This document shows, piece after piece, positions 11,201-18,562 of a stretch of DNA of 64,000 bases. Each line of letters begins with the position of its first letter. The stretch's first letter is position 1. Origin of the DNA: Candidatus Omnitrophota bacterium (GTDB lineage: Bacteria; Omnitrophota; Omnitrophia; Omnitrophales; Aquincolibacteriaceae); NCBI GenBank assembly GCA_030698625.1, contig JAUYMS010000011.1, positions 4,373 to 68,372 on the forward strand, in the 5' to 3' direction. A program made the position numbers and the translations under genes. Below the pieces are notes generated by a model. That model was not told the DNA's origin and did not search any database. It saw only the letters and a program-made list of their open reading frames with translations.

Positions 11201-13954
11201 CCCGTGGATCTTGTCATTGTGAATGAACGCGGGCCCACTTATTCCCAGGATTTACAGGGAATGCTGGAAAATCTTGTCCGAGGCACGCAAACGAGTCACC
11301 GCCATGAAGCGACCGGCGCTCAGGGACACATTTCGATTCTTCGCCTCGGAGCGCTATCTTCCGAAGAGTTTATCGCGCTTCAAAGCGCCGCGCGAATCAT
11401 CCTGAAAAGCCGCGATGGATCAATCGCCCAGCAAGCCGAGCGTTTGGAAACTCTTGAAGTTTTTTCACCGCCCTCGCGCCGCAAATCAGCCCCGGCGCAA
11501 ATAACAAAGAGACCGGCGGAACCATCCCCATTGCAGTTTTTTAACGGACTGGGCGGCTTTTCCGCGGATGGCCGGGAGTATAGCATCCATTTAGGGCCCG
11601 GTCAGTGGACACCCGCGCCCTGGATCAATGTCATTGCCAACCCGCATTTTGGTTTTCAGGTTTCGGAGTCAGGTTCCGGATACACCTGGGCTGAAAATTG
11701 CCGTGAAAACCAGCTTACGCCGTGGTCAAATGACCCCGTCACCGATCCCTCCGGAGAAATTTTTTATCTTCGCGATGAAGAGACAGGCGAAGTCTGGACC
11801 CCCACGCCTCTGCCCATTCGCAAGGACGCGGGGTCTTATGTTTCGCGCCACGGGCATGGCTACAGTCAGTTCGAACACAGCTCACACGGTATTGCCTTGC
11901 GGCTCTTACAGTATGTCCCCGTGAAAGACCCTGTCAAAATTTCCCGCCTTCGCATCACGAATCAATCCGGCCGCACCCGTTTGCTTTCACTGACCGCTTA
12001 TGTTGAATGGGTGCTGGGCACCTCCCGCGACAGCTGTGCCCCTTTCATCATAACCCGCATCGATGAAAAAACAGGCGCAATGCTGGCGGCGAATCCCTGG
12101 AACAGCGAGTTTGCCGGGCGTACGGCCTTTGCCGATTTAAGCGGCTTGCAAACCGCATGGACCGCCGACCGCACGGAATTTTTAGGGCGCAACGGAACGT
12201 ACGATCTTCCGGCGGCACTTTTCAAAGACGGTGAATTGTCCGGCCATTGCGGACCCGGACTCGACCCTTGCGCGGCCCTTCAAAAAAGCATCTCCCTGCG
12301 CGCCGGAGAAAGTCTGGAGCTTGTTTTTCTGCTCGGTCAGGGAGAAAATTCAGAAGCGGCGCGGAGCCTGATCCGTCATTACCGCAATGCCGATTTGGAC
12401 GCGGTACTTTCGGCAGTCAAGAAACAATGGGACGATGTTTTGGGTGCCGTTCAAGTGCGCACACCCGACAAGGCAATGGATCTTCTTTTGAATCACTGGC
12501 TTCTTTACCAAACACTGGCCTGCCGCATCTGGGCGCGGTCAGGGTTTTATCAGTCGGGCGGGGCTTATGGCTTTCGGGATCAGCTTCAGGATGTCATGGC
12601 GCTTACCGTCTCAAGGCGTGATCTGGCGCGGGCGCATATTTTACGAGCCGCGGCGCGTCAATTCCCTGAAGGCGACGTGCAGCATTGGTGGCACCCCCCG
12701 TCCGGCCGCGGGGTGCGCACAAAAATCTCCGATGACCTTGTCTGGCTTCCTTATACCGTCACGCATTATCTGACCGTCACCGGCGATTTTAGTATTTTAG
12801 ACGAATCAATCCCTTTTCTTGAAAGTCAGCCGATTCCTCCCGGTAAAGAAGATGCGTATTTTGAGCCCAAGGTTTCCGGAGAAAGCGCAACACTCTTTGA
12901 ACACTGCGCACGGGCACTGAACCGAAGTCTGAGGGTCGGCAGTCACGGCCTGCCCCTGATGGGAAGCGGTGACTGGAACGACGGCATGAACCTTATCGGC
13001 CGCGAGGGCAAGGGTGAAAGTGTGTGGCTTGCCTGGTTTCTTCACTCTGCTCTTTGGGAGTTTGCCAAAATCGCCGAGATACGGGGCGAGTCGGCGCATG
13101 CCGAAAAATGGCGTCTTCATGTCGGCGATTTAAAAGCCGCGCTTGAACATCACGGCTGGGATGGAAAATGGTACCGCCGTGCTTATTTCGATGACGGCAC
13201 ACCGCTGGGGTCTGCAGAGAACCCCGAATGCCGTATCGACTCCATCGCCCAATCGTGGGGGGTACTCTCCGGTGCCGCGGACCCCGCGCGAGCGGCCCGG
13301 TCCATGGCCGCGCTCAAAGAAAATCTCGTTCGCGAAAAGGAAGGCTTGATCCTGCTCTTGACGCCGCCCTTTGATAAAATGAAACCGAGCCCCGGCTACA
13401 TTCAGGGCTATTTACCCGGCATCCGTGAAAACGGCGGCCAATATACACATGCCGGTGTTTGGGCCGTTCTCGCTTTCGCCGCTCTGGGGGACGGCAATAC
13501 CGCCGAAAAACTTTTTTCGCTTTTGAATCCCATCCATCACGGAAGCACGCGCGCCGACATTCAGCGATACAAAGTAGAACCTTATGTCATGGCCGGAGAT
13601 GTATACGCGGGCACGGAACACAGCGGACGCGGCGGATGGTCCTGGTATACCGGCTCCGCGGGTTGGATGTACCGCGCGGGAATGGAATGGCTTCTGGGGT
13701 TCCGGCTACAGGAGAAAGTACTTTTTATGGACCCCTGTATTCCGGAAGCCTGGCCGGGCTTTGAAATTTCTTTTACCTATCACTCGTCGCACTACGAGGT
13801 GCAAGTCGAAAACCCCCAACACGTTTCACAGGGTCTTCAAAGCATCGAGATGGACGGAAAACCCCTGAGCCGCACCGAGGGAATTGCTCTCGCCGATGAC
13901 GGTGCCAAGCACCGGATCCGCATCGTCCTTGGCATGAATAACGGGTTCGTTTAA
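5213..13954 (+). CDS. ndvB: cyclic beta-1,2-glucan synthase (NdvB/Cgs/ChvB-like; GT84 glycosyltransferase + GH94 phosphorylase-like domain), 2913 aa
   Basis: Size (about 2.9 kaa) and domain order match Cgs/NdvB. N-terminal region with TM helices and GT-A-like segment (ICYVITLDADTRMSYGTAYRLAGAMAHP...GYGIMQPRI). Central membrane block. C-terminal half with cellobiose/chitobiose-phosphorylase-like GH94 motifs (GFRDQLQDVMAL..., HWWHPPSGRGVRTKISDDLVWLPYTV, GSGDWNDGMN). Only one long ORF covers 8.7 kb on this strand. Confidence 0.85.
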   Translation: MAQFVTSSRAEKIWKIPFFESVAKKPEEPIRAELFSIERLEQHGESLASSHSITHKQPWGRTILGRVKENGRILSGAYRHITQTIREDRTITPAAEWLADNFHIVEEQILEIIDDLPPAFYRKLPKLTEGFLKGYPRVYGVAWALVAHTDSRFDPDWLRRFVRAYQRINPLLIGEIWALTISLRIILVENLRRLVEQLALSRTGQLKADHLADSLLGLRGLTPAAAEKTLRSFGSRPLEKSFAVQLVLRLRDQGENVAPVLQWLEECLESQGTSAEHLVRQEHQEQTAMNTSVRNVITSMRLISALDWTRFFEDVSVADEILRASSRFETMDFATRDLYRHAIEELALGSGLSEIDVTKQAILAAENAQAVIRKPKTPASVIEIERESDPGYYLISKGRLEFEKQIRCRVSLQRRFFRFYVARATEAYLGTVTLTAAGLLSIPLYYSCLHGMSLTAFIAFAVAGFFPASDLAVALVNQFVTKTMGPRSLPKLDFSKGIPAPFRTLVVIPTMLSSPHAIQENMDRLEIHYLSNPEGYLQFALLTDWTDAPEEHLSEDTALLAAATEGIRKLNDRYGPGPGKSLRFFLFHRRRLWNAADGVWMGWERKRGKLHELNRLLRGDAQTSFLLNSSELAAVPKKICYVITLDADTRMSYGTAYRLAGAMAHPLNRPFIDPESRRVTAGYGIMQPRITPTLPITGEGSLYQWIFSGPIGIDPYAFAVSDVYQDLFQEGSYIGKGIYDLDAFEASLAGRVPENRILSHDLFEGLHARAALATDIELFEEFPSHYEVAVSRTHRWVRGDWQLLPWIAGRPSAAGGHKSKALPFIGRWKMADNLRRSLSAPALLLTLFFAWSFRSAPAAVWMLFILAVIALAPLQPFWGQLMARHKQIPLRRHLRAAAGDFYLALSHIFLTGVFLVHQASLMTDAIARTIYRLFISRRKMLEWTSDAQSQVHADYNLSGFYKRMAAAPLVAVMAPLLLLTFHTSNRLWMMLPFAVLWALSPWIARQISLPIRDAGRGAEALSPTARQSLRLIARKTWQFFETFVDESHHFLPPDNFQEVPEPVTAHRTSPTNIGLYLLSVSAARDFGWIGLSETVERLENSLKTLKELKKYRGHLYNWYDTHTLEPLNPLYVSSVDSGNLAGHLWTLAGTCRQLGQTPLMTNNILSGLADIFTFIQEDASNIRGTQRTETVTQVQLEETLAAIRLCLRGVPESHAQWSAHFSELKKESDTLSDIARALDDGALLKSSDRFARQIHSHAKDFEELIPDQGKPECLTLAEIPALAASALHHLASDPQAAFSIPLIKQKERLEVFLKKANALLSRFSALEHSCEQLVNSMEFGFLFDPVKKIFSIGFQVMEHKLDSGYYDLLTSEARLASFVAIAKGDIPVLHWFRLARSLISLNHKLALVSWSGSMFEYLMPFLVMQSPSGSLLDQTCRRVVQRQIDYGAERAVPWGISESAYNVQNLQHSYQYSNFGVPGLGLKRGLSEDLVIAPYATALAAMINPAAAIQNFRHLAQLNAEGYYGFYESLDFTPERLPEKQKVVVVRAYMAHHQGMILVSLANVLHEGIFRTRFHGEPMVQACDLLLQERTPRAVTVVRVRPNEVPREVRQPVPLVLRRFDSPHEAVPRTQLLSNGRYSVMITTAGSGASRWRDIALTRWREDTTRDASGTYIFLRDVESGAVWSAGYQPTGLEPATYQADFSEDRAEIIRKDGALETTLEVIVSPEDDAELRRVTLKNTGTYTRLIDVTSYAEIVLAPQAADLAHPAFSNLFIHTEFIPEVNGLICHRRARAPDDLIPWAGHVLVVEGKTIGAVQYESNRTRFVGRGRSLRNPVSVLDGKPLSDNAGAVLDPIVSLRCRVPVPPGETVHMTFTTLVSASREETMALADKYHDPAMFERALTLAWTHAHIQQHHLAMEPSEAHLFQNLASRIFYAHNGMRPSPDILKLNTRGPSALWTHGISGDLPIVLVRLNEEDVSGIVRDILRAHEYWRMKNLPVDLVIVNERGPTYSQDLQGMLENLVRGTQTSHRHEATGAQGHISILRLGALSSEEFIALQSAARIILKSRDGSIAQQAERLETLEVFSPPSRRKSAPAQITKRPAEPSPLQFFNGLGGFSADGREYSIHLGPGQWTPAPWINVIANPHFGFQVSESGSGYTWAENCRENQLTPWSNDPVTDPSGEIFYLRDEETGEVWTPTPLPIRKDAGSYVSRHGHGYSQFEHSSHGIALRLLQYVPVKDPVKISRLRITNQSGRTRLLSLTAYVEWVLGTSRDSCAPFIITRIDEKTGAMLAANPWNSEFAGRTAFADLSGLQTAWTADRTEFLGRNGTYDLPAALFKDGELSGHCGPGLDPCAALQKSISLRAGESLELVFLLGQGENSEAARSLIRHYRNADLDAVLSAVKKQWDDVLGAVQVRTPDKAMDLLLNHWLLYQTLACRIWARSGFYQSGGAYGFRDQLQDVMALTVSRRDLARAHILRAAARQFPEGDVQHWWHPPSGRGVRTKISDDLVWLPYTVTHYLTVTGDFSILDESIPFLESQPIPPGKEDAYFEPKVSGESATLFEHCARALNRSLRVGSHGLPLMGSGDWNDGMNLIGREGKGESVWLAWFLHSALWEFAKIAEIRGESAHAEKWRLHVGDLKAALEHHGWDGKWYRRAYFDDGTPLGSAENPECRIDSIAQSWGVLSGAADPARAARSMAALKENLVREKEGLILLLTPPFDKMKPSPGYIQGYLPGIRENGGQYTHAGVWAVLAFAALGDGNTAEKLFSLLNPIHHGSTRADIQRYKVEPYVMAGDVYAGTEHSGRGGWSWYTGSAGWMYRAGMEWLLGFRLQEKVLFMDPCIPEAWPGFEISFTYHSSHYEVQVENPQHVSQGLQSIEMDGKPLSRTEGIALADDGAKHRIRIVLGMNNGFV

Positions 13955-14123
13955 CTCTTCCTGTCGATCGCGGTAACGGCAAAACCCTGTTTGTTGTCCC
14001 CCTGTAAACACACCCTCGAAACTTCTGCTTTTTCAGGCCCGGAAAAAAGGAGGAAGCTCAATCAATTCCGAACTATCGTTTGAAATTTGAGCTCAATGCC
14101 GATGGGGCAATGGCCGGAACCTT

Positions 14124-14381
14124 TTACATCCGGAAGGATCCAGGCTTTGCGGAGGTTCGCGCCCGAAATCCCAGTGAAGCCGTTTTGCGTGATGTTCCTG
14201 AACGACAAATCTTTTCATTCGGAGGCCGGCTCTTTTTTGCATCGCACCACAACGAACAATTCTTTTCCATAGTCTGCAGAAACAACACCCGTTTTAATTC
14301 CTCCCAATAGACAGCTGAATGTTTCTCAAACCATGCTTCGTAGCGCCCGACGCTCTTTTCAAAGGCCGCGACTTTAGGCAT
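14124..14381 (-). pseudogene. truncated N-terminal remnant of a class I SAM-dependent methyltransferase
   Basis: First about 35 aa (MPKVAAFEKSVGRYEAWFEKHSAVYWEELKRV) resemble the conserved N-terminus of type-11 methyltransferases (F..A..YD.WF......Y..EL). The sequence then degenerates and stops at 85 aa with no Gly-rich SAM motif. Confidence 0.35.
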
Positions 14382-14412
14382 CTTCCATTCCCCCGACTCT
14401 CAATCCTGCTCT

Positions 14413-15096
14413 CTAAGGAAATCTTGCGTTCCGTATGCGATTTAAACTTTCTTCTTTATGCATCCGTTCATCAAGGCCGATGCGCCTAAAGAGGTCGGCA
14501 AGATTTTGATAGTATCCATAATCTTGACTGAACTCACTCTCAAAAACCTCATGCTTCAATTCCGGATTCTCCTTCACGAATTCCATATATTCATGCTCGG
14601 CGTGGTCCTCAAAATCAGCGTTCAAGCCGTAACTCCATGCCGGTTTGATGACATACAGGAGCCATGCAACGTGATAGTAAAAGAAGGCGCTAAATTGAGG
14701 CAGGATTCGGTAAAGAAAAAAGTTTTCTTTGATGTTTTTCTTTTGCGTCAACTCTTCCAGAATCAGCAGGTGCCACTGCTCATTGTCCTGCTGCTGGCGG
14801 GCCTCTTTGACAAACTCAAAGATCCTCCGGGCAAACCCCGGTTCCCCGTAAGTGTGCGTCATGGCAATATAAGCGACATGCTCCCACGATTGATAAGGAA
14901 CGCGGGCAATCACCTCAAGGACTTTAAACTTTGAATAGGTCCTTTTCCGGCCGTAAAAAAGATCCAGTGTGACAAAAAGTAACCAGGCCAGCAGCCCGTA
15001 CCTCCGTCTTCGAGACTTGAGCGTTTCCTCTTGCTCTGCTTTGAGTTCTTCATGTTTGTGTATTTTTGTAAGTTCGTCTATTTCCATGGCACACAC
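14413..15096 (-). CDS. alternative oxidase / plastoquinol terminal oxidase (PTOX)-like di-iron carboxylate quinol oxidase
   Basis: Four-helix-bundle iron-ligand pattern: LEVIARVPYQSWEH (cf. PTOX LETIARVPYF), DNEQWHLLILEEL (E-x-x-H), DFEDHAEHEYMEF, and DERMHKEE (cf. AOX ENERMHL). 227 aa, consistent with bacterial AOX/PTOX homologues. Confidence 0.6.
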   Translation of the reverse strand: MCAMEIDELTKIHKHEELKAEQEETLKSRRRRYGLLAWLLFVTLDLFYGRKRTYSKFKVLEVIARVPYQSWEHVAYIAMTHTYGEPGFARRIFEFVKEARQQQDNEQWHLLILEELTQKKNIKENFFLYRILPQFSAFFYYHVAWLLYVIKPAWSYGLNADFEDHAEHEYMEFVKENPELKHEVFESEFSQDYGYYQNLADLFRRIGLDERMHKEESLNRIRNARFP

Positions 15097-15243
15097 TCCG
15101 TAATTTTGTTGTCAACCCAGCATTGTTCTCACCAGCCATGCTGTTTTCTCATGCGCTTTCAGTCGCTCGGTAACCAGATCCACCGTAACCTAGTCGTGGT
15201 CTCTTTCGGCTCCAGATACAGCCTGCAGAATATCCGTCACCTG

Positions 15244-15757
15244 TCAAAAGGAACTGCGTTGCGATTGTTCGTCTTGCGCTTTCTCATATACCTTCTTGAC
15301 GGCACGTGCATTCATCAGTGCTATTCCACCCCCAACAAACAATTCCGGCCATGCGAATTGGGTATTATAAACTGTCAGGAATCCTGCGCCGACGATGGCG
15401 AGTTTAGCCAAAACATCCTTGCGTATCGGAAGGAATACTGCTTTGGCCCTGCTGCCTGGATGCTTACGATAACGCATCAACAGAATCGAACATGATAGAT
15501 TTTACTGCAAGTGCACCTGCGCCTGCGAGCAATAACGGAATAGGTGCAGGTGGTATAGGCATCAAGAGCTTCTGCCCAGCAGTCCAAAGAGTAGCCAGAC
15601 CTGGAACGAGCAGGATTCCATCTAGCACCCTTCCTAGGCGTGTACAAAAATGTGCATTCCGCCTCAATCCAATGAGGACCAAATAATTAACGAAAGCGTA
15701 TTCCAAAAAGCTCAGGCTATCAGCAAATAACGACACTGATCCGATAGTATACGCCAT
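15244..15757 (-). pseudogene. cation diffusion facilitator (CDF/CzcD-like) metal efflux transporter, frameshifted and truncated
   Basis: Two overlapping minus-strand ORFs in different frames (15464..15757 and 15244..15480). Together they recapitulate CDF TM2-TM6 (SVSLFADSLSFLEYA ~ ALLADAGHMLTD; GQKLLMPIPP ~ ERLLNPQP; KDVLAKLAIVGAGFLTVY...WPELFVGGGIAL ~ VRAAFLHVLGDALGSVG...WADPIASI). The C-terminal cytoplasmic domain is absent and the His/Asp metal site is substituted. Confidence 0.45.
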
Positions 15758-15949
15758 TGCGAACTAGACAGCAAAGTATGCAAGATTCCCCCAAATCCTG
15801 TTTAGGAATCGGGGCGGTCTTTTCGGGATAGTTTTTAAGGCCTCTTTTTTCGCAAAGCGTTTTTTACGACCCCATTGCAGCGTCCCGGACTGGCTAAGAC
15901 GCCATTAAAAGGACTGAAGCCTCAAAAAACCTCTTCCGAAGACAGAGCC

Positions 15950-17340
15950 CGACTGTCTTCTTTTGCCGTTTCTGCCGGTTTTGCTTCTTAAAGAACAATC
16001 CGTAATTGCGACAAACAGTGCCGGAATAATGCAAATGTCTTTTCGGTGGCATTGATGATCTTGCAATAATACTTCCGGCCTGTGCGCACGATCTTTCCAC
16101 AAACTCCGATAAACCAATATCGCAACGTCTTCACCGTCCAAGTCCTGGCTGCTTCACCCAAATAAAATAGTTTCATCACCTGCAACACATTGTAAGCCAG
16201 TACATTCAGCAGAAAATAAAACCGGTCCGTATCAAAATCATGGCTTGGAGCATACCCGGCATTTAATCCTTCCTTCAGCTCCTTGTTGTAATTTTCACTA
16301 TTCATCCGTCCGTTGTGAAACTCAAGCCACCTCATCGGATCGATCTCATTGTTATTGGTCCCAATCGCATGATAACAATACGTGTCCTGCTTAAATAAAT
16401 CCGGCTGAGGATTAAGCCACCTTAGCACCAAGGTTCTCACCGCATTACCTTTGTTGGTCACATACACCGTCTCCACCCATTCCTTCTTTCGCTCTAAGTC
16501 CTCTTCCGCTCTCGCAATCTCTTGCCAATCTTTAGGCTTGATCGCCTGAATGCATTCCATCCTCGCCTGATTCTTATCCAGGCTGATATAATAATGCATT
16601 CCTTCCTCTTCACAAAACTCAAAGACCTCATTCTTATGCCCTGCTGAATCAAATCGGGCGCGGGTGATCTTTTTACCGGCGCCCTGCGCTTGTTTGACCG
16701 CCTTACGCAGTTGATTCAATATTCCTGTTTGCGGGCTCACATGCCCGGGCCGGAAATCCATCGTATTACAAATCCCAAGTTCCGATATAAATCCCAACAT
16801 CCCGCTGTGCTGCTTCTTCTTTTGATACGAATACGTTGCGCTCTCTTTCTCAGAGTCAAAGTACGTTGCATCCCCGTCATAAGTAAATTCTTTAAACTCA
16901 CTGTCTCTCATCAGCTTGATCGTAAACTCTTCCTGGGCCTTCCGCAGCTTTCCGGCATTGTCCTTGATCTTTGCATACTCCAATAATGTATCGGGTGAAA
17001 TCATGCTCTGCCAGCCTATCGCGTTCAACAGCCCACGGTCTTCTCGTAAGACCTCGATATCTTCCACCCTCTGCGCACCGGCAATCAAACTCAGTACCCC
17101 AGCCATCACTTTCCGGCTTGCGGCTATCTCCCGATTCGACTCGCCGCCCACGGGCATCCGTCTATCCAGTATCTCCGTCAATCTAAAATGCCTCATGCTG
17201 TGCTCGATCCAGCTTAATCCCATCCGTCCGGTAACATCCTCTTGCGACATTTTTAGCGTGACTTGGTCCAGTTTCCCCGTTAAGATCATTTTTGCCTCCG
17301 CTTGTTATGTTTTTTTCACCCACCAGGTGAAATGGATTCT
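15950..17340 (-). mobile_element. IS element (IS1380-like) carrying the 433-aa transposase; ends not resolved
   Basis: Single transposase ORF flanked by non-coding sequence. I could not identify convincing terminal inverted repeats or target duplications by eye, so the boundaries are approximate. Confidence 0.4.
15988..17289 (-). CDS. DDE transposase, IS1380-like family (433 aa), apparently intact
   Basis: DDE-transposase-type sequence (FDSAGHKNEVFEFCEEEGMHYYISL; C-terminal YNVLQVM...WFIGVCGKIVRTGRKYY). Length and organisation are typical of IS1380/IS4-like elements. Family assignment is from pattern memory, not a search. Confidence 0.6.
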   Translation of the reverse strand: MILTGKLDQVTLKMSQEDVTGRMGLSWIEHSMRHFRLTEILDRRMPVGGESNREIAASRKVMAGVLSLIAGAQRVEDIEVLREDRGLLNAIGWQSMISPDTLLEYAKIKDNAGKLRKAQEEFTIKLMRDSEFKEFTYDGDATYFDSEKESATYSYQKKKQHSGMLGFISELGICNTMDFRPGHVSPQTGILNQLRKAVKQAQGAGKKITRARFDSAGHKNEVFEFCEEEGMHYYISLDKNQARMECIQAIKPKDWQEIARAEEDLERKKEWVETVYVTNKGNAVRTLVLRWLNPQPDLFKQDTYCYHAIGTNNNEIDPMRWLEFHNGRMNSENYNKELKEGLNAGYAPSHDFDTDRFYFLLNVLAYNVLQVMKLFYLGEAARTWTVKTLRYWFIGVCGKIVRTGRKYYCKIINATEKTFALFRHCLSQLRIVL

Positions 17341-17439
17341 TTGCCGGACCCATTATAACAACGGAGTTTTTTTATCTATTCCTATTCAGGAGTTAGGGTT
17401 AAACCCATCAGTGAAACCCAACTGCGAGGCCGCTTAAAA

Positions 17440-18151
17440 AAATCGGCCATTCGGCTCGAAAACCAGCAGCATTTATTTTTCAACTCTTTCCTGGCCTGGA
17501 GCCGGCAGAGAGTCGCCAGTGCTGACAAAATGATGACTCGCGCCAAAGGTCCGGTGTGGCATAAAAAACAAAAGGAGCAAAACATCATTCCCAAAGGTCT
17601 GAGCGGCATTGATAAGGAAGCGACCTGGTCCTTCTCCAAAGCCGACCGCTGGATTTATGGCCACGGAACTTTCAGCATGGTCTCTCACCGGGTTCCCGTG
17701 CTGGGCTGTTTTATCTGGATGCCCAATTCAGGCAACGAGGCCAAAAAGCTCTGGATGGAATCCAGCCGTTACACAAACCGGCTCGACACCGTTGTGATGC
17801 ATTCCAAAGCCGACAACTGTGACCTTTTTTGAGAATTCCGGATGCAGCGTGATATGACTTTGCTGACACGCTGCCGTAAAAACATGAACAAAACACCGGA
17901 ACGCAGACGCATGATTGCCGTCATGAAACAGCGCAAGCATAAGAAGCTTCTCAAAGAACGCAAACACACGGTCGAACCGATGCAAGGTCTGGTCAAAGAT
18001 ATTTGAGCTCGACCGCTGCTGGATGCGCGGCCACCCAAGCAACCGCTGGCTCTTCGCCGCCATGGGACTTTGCATTCAGATGCACCAGCTTCAAGCGTAT
18101 CGCAAAAAACAATCAACCTGGAATATCAAATCAGAGGTACTCGGCCATGGC
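17440..18151 (+). pseudogene. IS5-like (IS5/IS1182 group) DDE transposase, disrupted by stops/frameshifts
   Basis: Translation across adjacent frames gives transposase-like text (GIDKEATWSFSKADRWIYGHGTFSMVSHRVPVLGCFIWMPNSGNEAKKL... then ...KLLKERKHTVEPMQGLVKDI-ELDRCWMRGHPSNRWLFAAMGLCIQMHQLQAYRKKQSTWNIKSEVLGHG*), interrupted by in-frame stops near 17830 and a 2-nt indel near 18000. Confidence 0.5.
17968..18151 (+). repeat. copy A of an approximately 182-bp tandem (direct) repeat encoding the C-terminal tail of the IS5-like transposase
   Basis: Direct alignment with 18258..18444 at roughly 85% identity (tcgaaccgatgcaaggtctggtcaaagatatttgagctcgaccgctgctggatgcg... versus tcgagccgatgcagggtctggtcaaagatatttttgagctcgatcgctgctggatgcg...). 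Confidence 0.7.
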
Positions 18152-18257
18152 TAAATCCCGCTTTGCAACGGCCTTAGCAGCGAGAATAACCCCATTTCTC
18201 CAGGCAGCACGGGTATCTTTACCCATGGGGTTGAGGAAAAAACTCCGCGACCCCTCA

Positions 18258-18444
18258 CCGTCGAGCCGATGCAGGGTCTGGTCAAAGATATTTTTGAGCT
18301 CGATCGCTGCTGGATGCGTGGCAACAAAAACAACCGCTGGCTGTTTGCTGCCATGGGTCTTGCGGTCCAGATGCACCAGCTCAAAGCGTATCGCAATAAA
18401 AAATCAACCTGGAAAATCAAATCCGAGGTGTTGGGACATGGTTA
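18258..18444 (+). repeat. copy B of the tandem repeat (intact reading frame ...EPMQGLVKDIFELDRCWMRGNKNNRWLFAAMGLAVQMHQLKAYRNKKSTWKIKSEVLGHG*), followed by the element-end-like sequence aaaaactccccgacccctca
   Basis: See copy A. A partial copy of the end-like motif (aaaaactccgcgacccctcac) also sits immediately 5' of copy B. Confidence 0.7.
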
Positions 18445-18562
18445 AAAACTCCCCGACCCCTCAAATATATCAACCCCGGCCTTAAGAAGACATTTTTGGC
18501 GTTTCGAGATCATGACATGCCGGGCCCACGGTCGCGATAATCTTCGTGTCCCTCTCCATGGG

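Noticed and set aside
15031-15495. 154-aa plus-strand ORF in the island
   Set aside because: It is antisense to the CDF pseudogene fragments and Cys/Phe-rich with no motif, so it is spurious.
15950-17340. Terminal inverted repeats / target-site duplication of the IS1380-like element
   Set aside because: I compared about 100 nt on each side by eye and found only a direct-like A6 similarity (gcctcaaaaaacc / gccgcttaaaaaaatcggcc), not an inverted repeat. Boundaries are therefore left approximate.
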